A model generated the notes under the pieces. That model searched no databases. It was not told where the DNA came from and was given only the letters and a program-made list of their open reading frames with translations. Shown here piece by piece: positions 1 through 12,054 of a stretch of 42,831 nt of DNA (positions are counted from its first letter, which is position 1; each line of letters begins with the position of its first letter). This DNA comes from an uncultured Frankiaceae bacterium (lineage in GTDB: Bacteria; Actinomycetota; Actinomycetes; BP-191). The stretch lies in NCBI GenBank assembly GCA_967749945.1, contig CBQZLL010000001.1, positions 1 through 42,831 on the forward strand. The letters run 5' to 3'. Both the position numbers and the translations under genes were made by a program.

Positions 1-799
1 CCTGCCGCGACGCGAACCGCGCGAACAGCGCCGCCGTGATCGCGGGCAACGGCACCGCGGTACGGACGGCCTCGTCGACCATCCAGCGACCCTCGCCGGA
101 GTCGTCGGCCCAGCCACGGACGCGGTCGAGCTTCGGGTCGTCCTCCACCGCGCGGACCAGGAGGTCGAGCAGCCACGACCGGACCACCGAGCCCGACCGC
201 CACGCCGCGACCGTCCCGGGCACGTCGATCCGCAGGTCGGAGGCGGTCATCAGCGCGTAGCCCTCGGCGTACGCCTGCATGAGGCCGTACTCGATGCCGT
301 TGTGGACCATCTTGGTGAAGTGGCCCGCGCCCGACTCGCCGGCATGGACGAACCCGCCCTCCGGTGCGAGCGCGTCGAAGAACGGTTGCGCCTGCGCGAC
401 CGCGGCATCCGTACCGCCGACCATGAGGCAGAACCCCTCGGTCAGGCCCCACACGCCGCCGCTCACGCCCGCGTCGACGTAGCCGATGCCGCGCGCGGCG
501 AACACCGCGGCCCGCGCGATCGAGTCGCGGAAGTTGCTGTTGCCGCCCTCGACGACGACGTCGCCCTCGGCGAGCAGGGTGACCAGGTCGCCGAGCGTCT
601 CCTTGGTCGGGTCGCCGGCGGGCAGCATGACCCACACCGTGCGCGGCGCCGGGAGCGCGGCGACGAGCGTCTCCAGCGACGGGACATCGGCGTGCTCGGG
701 CGCGCGGTCGTAGCCGACGACGGTGAGCCCGTGCGCGCGGAGGCGCTGGGTCATGCCCCAGCCCATCCGGCCGAGGCCCACCATCCCGAGCGGGGGCAC
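1..799 (-). CDS. gnd: 6-phosphogluconate dehydrogenase (decarboxylating, short form); C-terminus runs off the window
   Basis: Open minus-strand frame, absent from the ORF track because it has no stop in the window. Hand translation from GTG 799 (alternative ATG 784): VPPLGMVGLGRMGWGMTQRL...GESGAGHFTKMVHNGIEYGLMQAYAEGY...DDSGEGRWMV...AITAALFARFASRQ. It has an N-terminal GxGxxG Rossmann motif and the NGIEYG motif typical of Gnd, and lies directly downstream of dnaN. Confidence 0.8.
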   Translation of the reverse strand, partial: MPPLGMVGLGRMGWGMTQRLRAHGLTVVGYDRAPEHADVPSLETLVAALPAPRTVWVMLPAGDPTKETLGDLVTLLAEGDVVVEGGNSNFRDSIARAAVFAARGIGYVDAGVSGGVWGLTEGFCLMVGGTDAAVAQAQPFFDALAPEGGFVHAGESGAGHFTKMVHNGIEYGLMQAYAEGYALMTASDLRIDVPGTVAAWRSGSVVRSWLLDLLVRAVEDDPKLDRVRGWADDSGEGRWMVDEAVRTAVPLPAITAALFARFASRQ

Positions 800-801
800 G
801 G

Positions 802-1920
802 TCAGCCCGAGAGCCGGACGGGCATGAGCAGGTACCGGTAGTCGGCCTCGGTGTCCTTGCCGGTGATGACCGCGGGCTTGACCGGCCCGTTGAACGACAG
901 CACGGCGAGATCGGAGCCGATCGCGGTGAGGCCGTCGAGCAGGTACTGCGGGTTGAACGCGATCGTCATCGCGTCGCCGTCGTACGCCGCCTCGATCGAC
1001 TCCGACGCCTGCGCGTCGTCGCCCGCGCCCGCGTCGAGCACGACCTGGTCGGTGTCCAGGCTGAGCCGGATCGGGGTGTTGCGCGCGGCGACGAGCGAGA
1101 CGCGCTTGACCGCGTCGAGAAGCGCGGTGGTGTTGACCTGCGCCACCGAGGCGAACTCGGCGGGGATGAGTGACCGGTACTTCGGGAACTCGCCCTCCAG
1201 CAACCGGGTCGTGGTCCGCCGGGAGCCGCCGGAGAACCCGGCCATGCCCTCGCCCTGCGTGCCGTTACCGAGCGCGATGGCGACCTCGGCACCGGTGGTC
1301 GCGAGGGTCTTGGCGGCGTCGTTGATCGTCCGGGCGGGGATCAGCGCCGTCACGGCGTCGACCGCGCCCTCGGGCCGCCACTTCAGCTCGCGGACGGCGA
1401 GCCGGTAGCGGTCGGTCGCGGCGAGGACCAACGTGTCGCCCTCGATCTCGACCCGGATGCCGGTGAGCACCGGCAACGTGTCGTCGCGGCCCGCGGCGAC
1501 GAACACCTGCCCGACCGCGGCCGCGAACGCGTCGCTCGCGATCGACCCCGCCGCCGGCGGCATCTCGGGCAACGTCGGGTAGTCCTCGACCGGCATAGTC
1601 GGCAGGGTGAACCTGGCGGTGCCGCAGGTGAGGATCGCGCGGTTGCCGTCGGTGCTGAGCTGGACCGGCGCGACGGGCAGCTTCTGGGCGATCTCGGCGA
1701 GGAGGCGCCCGAGCACGACAACGGTCCCGGCCTCCTCGGCCTGGACGTCGAGGGTCGCCTGGGCGGACACCTCGTAGTCGAACCCGGACAGGGTCAGCTC
1801 GTGCCCGGTCACCTCGAGCCGCAGCCCGGAGAGCACGGGCACCGCGGGTCGGGCCGGGAGGGACCGGGCGGTCCAGGCCACCGCCTCGGCGAAGTCGTCA
1901 CGCTCGACACGGAACTTCAC
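802..1920 (-). CDS. dnaN: DNA polymerase III beta sliding clamp
   Basis: 372-aa ORF starting MKFRVERDDFAEAVAWTARSLPARPAVPVLSGLRLEV and ending LLMPVRLSG, with the typical DnaN length and termini. GTG start at 1920. Located downstream of dnaA. Confidence 0.95.
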   Translation of the reverse strand: MKFRVERDDFAEAVAWTARSLPARPAVPVLSGLRLEVTGHELTLSGFDYEVSAQATLDVQAEEAGTVVVLGRLLAEIAQKLPVAPVQLSTDGNRAILTCGTARFTLPTMPVEDYPTLPEMPPAAGSIASDAFAAAVGQVFVAAGRDDTLPVLTGIRVEIEGDTLVLAATDRYRLAVRELKWRPEGAVDAVTALIPARTINDAAKTLATTGAEVAIALGNGTQGEGMAGFSGGSRRTTTRLLEGEFPKYRSLIPAEFASVAQVNTTALLDAVKRVSLVAARNTPIRLSLDTDQVVLDAGAGDDAQASESIEAAYDGDAMTIAFNPQYLLDGLTAIGSDLAVLSFNGPVKPAVITGKDTEADYRYLLMPVRLSG

Positions 1921-2181
1921 TGCGTACCGCCCTCTCCTGGATGCCTGTTCTTGTCATGTGTACTTCATAGGAGAGACATCAATCGTCTCCGTAGGTGGTG
2001 CGAACCTGTGGATGACCATCATCACCGCAGGTCAGCGGGCCTCATACAGATAGCGTCGTCGTGCATAACTGCGGTGGGTTCCCCCAGCCCGCCGTGCTCG
2101 TCCCCCGCCGTCCCCAGTACGGGCCTCGCGACGCCCCACCCGTCCACATAGTTGTCCCCAGGTTGTGCACCAGAAGATCAC
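1921..2181. other. Candidate oriC (dnaA-dnaN intergenic region with DnaA-box-like 9-mers and an AT-richer stretch)
   Basis: Matches to the actinobacterial DnaA box TTGTCCACA: 2007-2015 tgtggatga (minus-strand TCATCCACA), 2140-2148 ccgtccaca, 2152-2160 ttgtcccca, 2163-2171 ttgtgcacc. A locally AT-richer tract lies at about 1945-1990 (ttcttgtcatgtgtacttcataggagagacatcaatcg). The position between dnaA and dnaN is the canonical actinobacterial oriC site. Confidence 0.6.
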
Positions 2182-3591
2182 TCATGCCTGGCGGGCCCGG
2201 ACCTTGATGCGGTTGGTGAGCTCGGAGACCTGGTTGTAGATGGCCCGCCGCTCGGCCATCAGCGACCGGATCTTGCGGTCGGCGTGCATGACCGTCGTGT
2301 GGTCGCGGCCGCCGAACGCCTGCCCGATCTTGGGCAGCGACAGGTCGGTCAGCTCGCGGCACAGGTACATCGCGATCTGCCGGGCGGTGACCAGGACCCG
2401 GGAGCGGGACGACCCGCAGAGGTCTTCCATCGACAGCCCGAAGTACGCCGCCGTCGCCGCCATGATCGTCGCCGCGGTGATCTCCGGGCCGCCGTGCTCG
2501 GGGATGAGGTCCTTGAGCACGACCTCGGCGAGTGAGAGGTCGACGCCCTGCCGGTTGAGGTTCGCGAACGCCGTGACGCGGATCAGCGCGCCCTCGAGCT
2601 CGCGGATGTTGCTCTGGATCTTGGAGGCGATGTACTCCAGGACCTCGGGCGGCGCGTTGAGCCGCTCGGCGGCAGCCTTCTTGCGCAGGATCGCGATGCG
2701 GGTCTCCAGCTCGGGCGGCTGGACGTCGGTGATCAGCCCCCACTCGAACCGGTTGCGCAGCCGGTCCTCCAGCGTGGAGAGCTGCTTCGGCGGCCGGTCG
2801 CTGGAGATGACGATCTGCTTGTTCGCGTTGTGCAGCGTGTTGAACGTATGGAAGAACTCCTCCTGCGTCCGCTCCTTGTTCTCCAGGAACTGGATGTCGT
2901 CGACGAGGAGGACGTCGACGTCGCGGTAGCGGCGCTGGAACGCCCCGGCCTTGTCGTCCCGGATCGAGTTGATGAAGTCGTTCGTGAACTCCTCGCTGCT
3001 CACGTAGCGGACCCGGCCCGCGGTCGACAGGTTGAGGGCGTAGTGGCCGATCGCGTGCAGCAGGTGCGTCTTGCCGAGGCCGGACTCACCGTAGATGAAC
3101 AGCGGGTTGTACGCCTTGGCCGGCGCCTCCGCCACGGCCACCGCGGCCGCATGGGCGAACCGGTTCGACGAGCCGATGACGAACGTCTCGAACGAGTACT
3201 TCGGATTGAGCCGGGCCGGCTCGACGTCACCGCGGCGTACAGCGTGGTGGTCCCGGCCGGTGCCCGGACCCGGCGGCTCCGGTACCGGCTCGGGCGCCGG
3301 CTCCGGCATCGCGTCCTGCACGGGGAGCGGCTCGACGGTGACCGCGACGCGGATCTGCCGGCCGAGCTGGCCGGACAGCGCCTCGGCGATGAGTGGCCGG
3401 TAGCGCGTGTCGAGCAGGTCCTTGGTGAACTCGTTCGGGGCGGCGAGCAGCGCCGTGTCCTCGACGAGGCCGAGCGGGCGGGTGAGCTGGATCCAGGCCT
3501 TGTTCTGCGGGCTCAGCGCACCTTCGGCGAGCGACTCGACCGAACGCTGCCACACCGCGACGAGGTCGAGGGTGTTCTCCTGCACGAGCAT
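2182..3591 (-). CDS. dnaA: Chromosomal replication initiator protein DnaA
   Basis: 469-aa ORF with Walker A ([11 protein letters not shown]), the AAA+ box [12 protein letters not shown] and the C-terminal DNA-binding helix region ([12 protein letters not shown]). ATG at 3591. Confidence 0.97.
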   Translation of the reverse strand: MLVQENTLDLVAVWQRSVESLAEGALSPQNKAWIQLTRPLGLVEDTALLAAPNEFTKDLLDTRYRPLIAEALSGQLGRQIRVAVTVEPLPVQDAMPEPAPEPVPEPPGPGTGRDHHAVRRGDVEPARLNPKYSFETFVIGSSNRFAHAAAVAVAEAPAKAYNPLFIYGESGLGKTHLLHAIGHYALNLSTAGRVRYVSSEEFTNDFINSIRDDKAGAFQRRYRDVDVLLVDDIQFLENKERTQEEFFHTFNTLHNANKQIVISSDRPPKQLSTLEDRLRNRFEWGLITDVQPPELETRIAILRKKAAAERLNAPPEVLEYIASKIQSNIRELEGALIRVTAFANLNRQGVDLSLAEVVLKDLIPEHGGPEITAATIMAATAAYFGLSMEDLCGSSRSRVLVTARQIAMYLCRELTDLSLPKIGQAFGGRDHTTVMHADRKIRSLMAERRAIYNQVSELTNRIKVRARQA

Positions 3592-3659
3592 CCCCTACAT
3601 GTCACGCCAGTTGGGCCGTCCGTGACGGGCTTGTCACGATCGGGTCAGGGCCACAGGTC

Positions 3660-3925
3660 CGTGCCGTCGTCCACACCTCTGTCCACATCCTGTGCACGGG
3701 GTGCGGGCCGTCCGGCGGTCGTACCCAGGATCTTCCGGGCTTACCAGGACGTTTCCGCGAACGCTCCGACCGTCCGTCGTCACGGACAGATCACGGAACC
3801 GGCCGACCGAGGGGAACGGTGCCGGCGGGACGTCGTACCCGGCAGGGGCAGGTGCGGCGGGGGAAGCCAGCGTTGGCGGACCGTATCAGCGTGCCGAGTC
3901 TGTGGACAAGGGGTTCTCCACAGGT
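3660..3925. promoter_or_regulatory. DnaA-box cluster in the dnaA/rpmH divergent promoter region
   Basis: Boxes at 3667-3675 tcgtccaca, 3679-3687 ctgtccaca, 3901-3909 tgtggacaa (a perfect TTGTCCACA on the minus strand) and 3914-3922 ttctccaca. They lie in the 500-nt non-coding gap between dnaA (minus) and rpmH (plus). Confidence 0.6.
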
Positions 3926-4091
3926 TCGTGGAATGGCGCCGATGAGCGTAGGCTACGCACACCATCCCCGGGGTGCCGGCGTGTCGTTCGGCGCGTGTTT
4001 GACCCTCCCCGGGTCGCTGCGTACTGTGATGCGGTCTGTGTGCGTGCCGCAAGGGCATGCCGCGCCCCTGTGACCTCCGTGGAGCCCTCCC

Positions 4092-4229
4092 GTGAGCAAG
4101 CGCACGTTCCAGCCGAACAACCGCCGCCGCGCCAAGACGCACGGCTTCCGGCTGCGGATGCGTACCCGGGCCGGGCGCGCGATCCTCTCCGCTCGGCGGG
4201 CCAAGGGCCGCCGCGAGCTCTCCGCCTGA
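4092..4229 (+). CDS. rpmH: 50S ribosomal protein L34
   Basis: GTG at 4092. Hand translation [45 protein letters not shown] (45 aa) is a near-consensus L34. It is not listed as a separate ORF in the track. Confidence 0.95.
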   Translation: MSKRTFQPNNRRRAKTHGFRLRMRTRAGRAILSARRAKGRRELSA

Positions 4230-4249
4230 CCGGCGGGAGCCACGCCGTA

Positions 4250-4582
4250 GTGCTACCCGCCGCTGCCCGGCTGCGGCGCCGTCAGGAGTTCGCCGAGGTC
4301 GTCCGCCGCGGCCGCCGAAGCGCCCGCGGACCGCTCGTGCTGCACCTGACCACGCCGGAATCAGGGCCCACCCAGGTCGGCTTCGTCGTCGGCAAGGTCG
4401 TCGGCCCGGCCGTCGTCCGTAACCGGCTCCGCCGTCGCCTCCGCCATCTGCTGCGCGCGCGGCTCGCCGCGCTGCCGCCCGGCTCGCGCCTCGTCGTCCG
4501 GGCCCAGCTCGGTGCGGGCGAGCTCGACAGCGCGGCCCTCGGCGACCTCCTCGACGCCGCCCTCCCTCGGGTTCTCGCGTGA
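4250..4582 (+). CDS. rnpA: Ribonuclease P protein component
   Basis: In frame with track ORF 3692..4582. GTG at 4250 gives [33 protein letters not shown]..., the typical RnpA N-terminus, and the gene lies immediately after rpmH. Start position inferred. Confidence 0.85.
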   Translation: MLPAAARLRRRQEFAEVVRRGRRSARGPLVLHLTTPESGPTQVGFVVGKVVGPAVVRNRLRRRLRHLLRARLAALPPGSRLVVRAQLGAGELDSAALGDLLDAALPRVLA

Positions 4583-4830
4583 CCGCGCTGCTGCTGCTCC
4601 TCGTCCGCGGCTACCGGCGGTTCGTCAGCCCGCTGCTGCGGCCGCGCTGCCGGTTCGCGCCGTCGTGCAGCGCGTACGCCGAGGAGGCGCTGCACCGTCA
4701 TGGCCTGCGCGGCGCCTGGCTCGCCGCGCGCCGGATCGGCCGCTGCCACCCGTTCCACCCCGGCGGCTACGACCCGGTCCCGGACATCCCCGCGGGGCGC
4801 CTGCCCCGCCGAGCAGGAGTTGGTACGTGA
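4579..4830 (+). CDS. yidD: Membrane protein insertion efficiency factor YidD
   Basis: 83-aa ORF with [27 protein letters not shown]...[15 protein letters not shown], the YidD signature. Its GTG start overlaps the rnpA stop (GTGA). Confidence 0.9.
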   Translation: MTALLLLLVRGYRRFVSPLLRPRCRFAPSCSAYAEEALHRHGLRGAWLAARRIGRCHPFHPGGYDPVPDIPAGRLPRRAGVGT

Positions 4831-5799
4831 CAGCCGCATTCCACGCGTTGTTCAGCCTGATCGCCCAGGCGATCGTCAAGCTGCACGATCTGACCGGTCC
4901 TGTCTTCGGCCGGAACAGCGGACTCTCCTGGGCGCTCGCGATCATGTTGCTGACGGTGCTCGTCCGCGGGCTCATGTACCCGCTGTTCGTCAAGCAGATC
5001 AAGACCCAGCGGGCGATGACCGCGCTGCAGCCGAAGATCAAGGAGCTGCAGGCCAAGCACAAGGGTGACAAGGAGACGCTGAACCAGGAGCTGATGAAGC
5101 TCTACAAGGAGCACAACGCGAACCCGTTCGCGGGCTGCCTCCCGGTCCTCCTCCAGATGCCGATCTTCATCTCGCTGTTCCAGGTGCTCAAGCAGCTCGA
5201 GCCGCACCTGTGCGCGACCTGCGACGGTGGCTACCGGTTCCCGGCGAAGTTCGGCCTCAGCTCGTCGGTCGCCAAGAGCCTCGGCTCCGCGAAGCTCTTC
5301 GGCGCGCCGATCGGGGCGGGGTTCAAGTCGCCGGCCAAGCTGCTCGCGTTCCTGCACACCTCGCCGGGTCCGGTCAAGGCCGTCTCGCTCATCCTCATCG
5401 TCCTGATGGCGGCGACGACCTTCCTCACGAGCAAGCAGATGATGGGCAAGACGGCCACCACCGACCCGTCGCAGGCGACCCAGCAGAAGGTGCTGCTCTA
5501 CGCGATGCCGGCGCTGCTCGGCCTGTTCGGCTTCCAGGTTGCCATCGGCGTCCTGATCTACTGGACGACGACGAACCTCTTCAGCATGGTCCAGCAGGCC
5601 GTCGTGATCCGGCACCTCGGTCCGGTCGGCGCGACCCCCGCGCCGGCCAAGGCCCCGGCGCCGAAGCCACCCAAGGGCGCTCCGGCCGGTCCGGCCGCGC
5701 CCGCCGTCGCGGGGGCGAACGGCGCTTCTCCGTCGCCCGACGGAACCCCGACCAAGGCCACCGCCGGGGCGCGGCGGCCCGCCAACCGCAACACCAAGC

Positions 5800-8055
<2,256 letters not shown>

Positions 8056-8059
<4 letters not shown>

Positions 8060-8952
8060 ACCAGCAGCGGCGGGGCGGCCTCGGCCGCGGTCTCGGGGCG
8101 CTCATCCCGTCGGGCCACGACTCGGGCACGGGCACGGTGCACGGCGCGCGGTTCCGGGAGATCCCGCTCGACGCGATCACGCCGAACCCGCGCCAGCCGC
8201 GGGTGAACTTCGACGCCGAGGCGCTCGCCGAGCTGGTGACCTCGATCAAGGAAGTCGGCTTGCTCCAGCCGGTCGTCGTCCGGGAGATCGCGGACGGCAC
8301 GTACGAGCTGGTGATGGGCGAGCGTCGCCTCCGCGCCACCCGTGAGGCCGGCCTGACGACGATCCCGGCGATCGTCCGGGATACCCCCGACGACGCGTTG
8401 CTCCGCGACGCGCTGCTGGAGAACCTGCACCGCCAGCAGCTCAACCCGCTGGAGGAGGCGGCGGCGTACCAGCAGCTGCTCGACGACTTCGGGGCGACGC
8501 ACGAGCAGCTCGCCGACCGGATCGGGCGGTCGCGGTCGCAGGTGACGAACACCATTCGGTTGTTGAAGCTGCCGCCCACCGTGCAGAAGCGGGTCGCGGC
8601 GGGTGTCATCGCCGCGGGGCACGCGCGGGCGCTGCTGGGCCTCGAGGACGCGGAGGCGCAGGAGCGCCTCGCTCACCGGATCGTCGCCGAGGGCCTGTCG
8701 GTCCGGGCAGTCGAGGAGGCGGTGCACCTCGGGGAGACCGGCGCGGCGGAGCCGGCGGTACGCCGGCGCGCCAAGCCGCGGTCGCCCGCCGCCGACGAGC
8801 TGCAGTCGCGGCTGTCCGACTACTTCGAGACCCGGGTCCGGGTCGAGCTCGGGCGGCGCAAGGGCAAGGTCGTCGTGGAGTTCGGCTCGCTGGACGACCT
8901 CGAACGCATCGTCGAGATCATGGCCCCGGACCTCGCTGAGGACGCCCGCTAG
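8056..8952 (+). CDS. parB: Chromosome partitioning protein ParB/Spo0J
   Basis: 298-aa ORF with ParB-box motifs ([22 protein letters not shown]) and an HTH region. Its GTG overlaps the parA stop (GTGA). Confidence 0.93.
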
Positions 8953-9275
8953 GTACCGGGCGCGCGGTACCGGACCTGCCCGGCCCGGCGCAGCGCCTCG
9001 ATGGTGTCCTCGACGGTCAGCAGGACGGTCGTCTCGAGCGAGCTCAGCGCGCCGCCGCCCGCGATCGCCACCGCAACCGCGGCCATGGACACGTTGTCGG
9101 GAGCCTCCCACACGGTGTACCCGTCGTGGGTGCCGAAGGCGTACCAGAACCCGTGGAGCGTCCCGCCGACCGACTCGATGTACGACTGCGCGGCTTTCCG
9201 GCGGTCCTCCGGGTTGCCGACCAGCCTGGCCCAGGTCTCCGGCGTGTAGCCGAACTTCGACAGATAGAGCGGCAC
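8949..9275 (-). CDS. GYD-domain protein
   Basis: 108-aa ORF starting [26 protein letters not shown]...[14 protein letters not shown], the typical GYD family pattern. GTG start is preceded by GGAAGGAGAG. Confidence 0.7.
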   Translation of the reverse strand: MPLYLSKFGYTPETWARLVGNPEDRRKAAQSYIESVGGTLHGFWYAFGTHDGYTVWEAPDNVSMAAVAVAIAGGGALSSLETTVLLTVEDTIEALRRAGQVRYRAPGT

Positions 9276-9303
9276 TGTCTCTCCTTCCGTTCCGGGCAGT
9301 CTC

Positions 9304-10245
9304 CTAGCCGCGCGCGACCGCCGCGTCGAGCAGGTCGCGGCACAGGGCTCCGAGGTCGAGGCCGGCCTCGGCGACGGCCATCGGCAGCAGGCTCGTCTCG
9401 GTCATGCCGGGGGCGACGTTCACCTCGAGGAACCACGGCGTGCCTGCCGGGTCGACGATCAGGTCGGTCCTGGAGAGGTCGCGCAGCCCGAGCACCTGGT
9501 GCGCGGCCAGCGCGGCCGCGCCCGCCGCGGCGAGCACCGCGTCGTCGAGCCGGGCCGGGGTGTAGTAGTCGGTGGCGCCGGCCGTGTAGCGGGCCGCGTA
9601 GTCGAACACGCCCTCCTTCGGCACGATCTCGACCGCCGGCAGGGCGCGGAGCGACCCGTCGACGTCGGCGACCGAGACGGCGACCTCGGTGCCCTCGACG
9701 TAGCGCTCGACCAGCGCGGTGTCGCCGTAGGAGAAGCAGTGCACCATCGCGGCGGGCAGCCCGGCCGGGTCGTGGACGACGGTGGCGCCGAGCGCGGAGC
9801 CGCCGGACGCGGGCTTGACCATCAGCGGCAGGGGGAGCCGGGCGAGCAGCCGGTCGAGCACCGCGTGCGCCCCGAGCTCCCGGAAGGTGCTGTGCGGCAA
9901 CGTCACCGCATCGGGCGTCGCGACCCCCACGGCCCGGAGCAGCCCCTTGGCGATCGGCTTGTCGAACGCCAGCCGGCACGCGTGCGGGGTCGCGCCGACG
10001 TACGGCACCCCGGCCAGGTCGAGCACACCGCGGATCGCGCCGTCCTCCCCCGGCCCGCCGTGCAAGGCGATGAACGCCGCGTCCGGCCCGGTCTCGGCCA
10101 GGTCGGCGAGCAGCGTCGCGTCGGCGTCGTGGAGGTACGCCTCGGCCCCGGCGGTCCGCAGCGCGTCGACCACCCGGCGCCCGGACCGCAGCGACACCTC
10201 GCGCTCGAACGACAGGCCGCCGGCCAGGACGACGGCGCGCGTCAT
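9304..10245 (-). CDS. ddl: D-alanine--D-alanine ligase (ATP-grasp, short DdlB-like form)
   Basis: The track ORF 9304..10656 is over-extended. ATG at 10245 gives MTRAVVLAGGLSFEREVSLRSG...FIALHGGPGEDGAIRGVLDLAGVPYVG...FLEVNVAPGMTETSLLP (313 aa). The ATG overlaps the stop of the upstream aminotransferase (ATGA). Confidence 0.88.
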   Translation of the reverse strand: MTRAVVLAGGLSFEREVSLRSGRRVVDALRTAGAEAYLHDADATLLADLAETGPDAAFIALHGGPGEDGAIRGVLDLAGVPYVGATPHACRLAFDKPIAKGLLRAVGVATPDAVTLPHSTFRELGAHAVLDRLLARLPLPLMVKPASGGSALGATVVHDPAGLPAAMVHCFSYGDTALVERYVEGTEVAVSVADVDGSLRALPAVEIVPKEGVFDYAARYTAGATDYYTPARLDDAVLAAAGAAALAAHQVLGLRDLSRTDLIVDPAGTPWFLEVNVAPGMTETSLLPMAVAEAGLDLGALCRDLLDAAVARG

Positions 10246-11540
10246 GCCAGATCCGGGGCGGGGGCGTCGCCCGACGACGGGCGGGTCTCGGCGGCGCGCG
10301 GGCCCGGCCCGAAGGTCGCCCGTAGCTCCTGCTCGGCCTCGATGACGCCGGCCAGCCGGCGGACGCCCTCGCGGATCCGGTCCGGCTCCGGGTAGCAGTA
10401 CGACAACCGCAGGCTCGACCCGCCCTGGCCGTCGGCGTAGAAGGCGGTGCCCGGGACGTACGCGACGCGGGCGGTCACCGCGAGCGGCAGCATCTCCTTG
10501 GCGTCCAGCCCCTCGGGCAGGGTGACCCACGAATAGAAGCCGCCGCCGGGCCGGGTCCACGTCGCGCCGGCCGGGAAGTGCTGGGCGAGCGCGTCGAGCA
10601 GGGCGTCGCGGCGTTCCCGGTACAGCTCGCGGAACACCTTCACCTGGTCCTGCCACGGCTGGGTCCGCAGGTAGTCGGCGACGACGAACTGGGTGAAGTT
10701 CGGCGGGCAGAGGACCGCCGCCTCGGCGGCGAGGACGAGCTTCTCCCGCACCGCGTGCGGCGCGAGCACCCAGCCCACCCGCAGTCCCGGGGCGAACGTC
10801 TTGGAGAACGACCCGAGGTAGATGACCCCGTCGTCCGTCCGCGCGCGCAGCGCCGGCTCCGGCTCGCCGTCGAAGCCGAGCAGGCCGTAGGGGTTGTCCT
10901 CCAGCACCAAGATGTTGTGCCGTCGGGCGATCTCCAATACCACATCTCGGCGTGGCGTCGAGAGCGACACGCCGGCGGGATTGTGGAAATTCGGCACCGT
11001 GTAGAGGAACTTGGCGCGCCGCCCGGCCCGCGCCAATCCCTCCAGCGTCTCGGCCAGTGCCTCGGGGACGAGACCCGCCTCGTCCATCGGCACGTGCACG
11101 ACCTCGGCCTGGTACGCGGCGAACGTTCCGAGCGCCCCCACGTAGGACGGGGCCTCCGCGACGACGACGTCGCCCGGGTCGCAGAAGATCCGGGTCACCA
11201 GGTCGAGACCCTGCTGCGAGCCGACCGTCACGACGACGTCGTCAGGCGAGGCGACGATTCCTTCGAGCGCCATGACCGTGCAGATGAGCTCGCGCAGCTC
11301 AGGGTCGCCCTGGCCGGAGCCGTACTGGAGCGCGACCGGGCCGCGGGTCGCGACCAGGTCGGCGACCGCGGCGGCGACCGCGTCGAGAGGGAGGGCGGCG
11401 GTGTACGGCATGCCGCCGGCCAGCGAGACGACCTCGGGTCGCGAGGCGACAGCGAACAGCGCGCGGATCTCGGACGCTTGCATCCCTCGGGTCCGGGCCG
11501 CGTAGCGGTCGCCGTACGGGTCGAGGTTGACGCCGGTCAC
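10242..11540 (-). CDS. PLP-dependent aminotransferase (class I/II, 2-aminoadipate/aromatic aminotransferase-like)
   Basis: The track ORF 10242..12239 is over-extended into an Arg/Pro-rich artefact. GTG at 11540 gives VTGVNLDPYGDRYAARTRGMQASEIRALF...GGMPY...YTVPNFHNPAGVSLS...LGSFSKTFAPGLRVGW, where SFSK carries the PLP lysine motif (432 aa). Confidence 0.8.
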   Translation of the reverse strand: MTGVNLDPYGDRYAARTRGMQASEIRALFAVASRPEVVSLAGGMPYTAALPLDAVAAAVADLVATRGPVALQYGSGQGDPELRELICTVMALEGIVASPDDVVVTVGSQQGLDLVTRIFCDPGDVVVAEAPSYVGALGTFAAYQAEVVHVPMDEAGLVPEALAETLEGLARAGRRAKFLYTVPNFHNPAGVSLSTPRRDVVLEIARRHNILVLEDNPYGLLGFDGEPEPALRARTDDGVIYLGSFSKTFAPGLRVGWVLAPHAVREKLVLAAEAAVLCPPNFTQFVVADYLRTQPWQDQVKVFRELYRERRDALLDALAQHFPAGATWTRPGGGFYSWVTLPEGLDAKEMLPLAVTARVAYVPGTAFYADGQGGSSLRLSYCYPEPDRIREGVRRLAGVIEAEQELRATFGPGPRAAETRPSSGDAPAPDLA

Positions 11541-11590
11541 CTGCCAGAGGCTACCGCGCGGGTCTCGGGGCTGGTTAAGATCACCGCACC

Positions 11591-12049
11591 GTGAGCCGTT
11601 TCCCGCTACGCAGGGTCGTGCTCGGTTTCGCCGCGGGTGCGGCCGCCGGGTGGGCTGCTGGGCTCCTGCGCCGGCCCGCCAGCGCGCCCGCCGGGTCGAG
11701 CGCCGACGAGGCCATCCACCTGCCGCGCGAGGACTTCGGTGTCGCCGAGGCCGCGCCCGCCGAGGAACCCGCGCCCGCTGTCGCCGAGCACGCGCCGCCG
11801 CGCAAGGCCACCGCACCCTCCGTACGGCCGACGCCCGGCTCGCACAAGACCGCGGCGACGACGGGTGACGCCGAGCCGGCGAAGCCCGCGCGCCGCCGTA
11901 CCGCCAAAGCCCCCGACCCCGCCGAGGCGGCCGCGGCTGCGCTCTGCGAGGGCCACGCCGAGGTCGCCGAACGCCTCGCCGGCGCGGAGGCGGAGGCCAC
12001 CCCGACGCCGGCCCCCGCCCCGCGGCGGCGCCGTCGACCGCCGGTGTAG
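11591..12049 (+). CDS. Hypothetical protein: N-terminal TM/hydrophobic segment, Ala/Pro-rich disordered remainder
   Basis: 152-aa ORF with strong third-position G/C bias by inspection. Divergent from the aminotransferase gene. No recognisable domain. Confidence 0.45.
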   Translation: MSRFPLRRVVLGFAAGAAAGWAAGLLRRPASAPAGSSADEAIHLPREDFGVAEAAPAEEPAPAVAEHAPPRKATAPSVRPTPGSHKTAATTGDAEPAKPARRRTAKAPDPAEAAAAALCEGHAEVAERLAGAEAEATPTPAPAPRRRRRPPV

Positions 12050-12054
12050 CCGCC

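Noticed and set aside
302-841. 179-aa plus-strand ORF at the left edge
   Set aside because: It is antisense to the gnd reading frame, which gives a continuous, motif-bearing Gnd sequence. This ORF also overlaps the dnaN 3' end.
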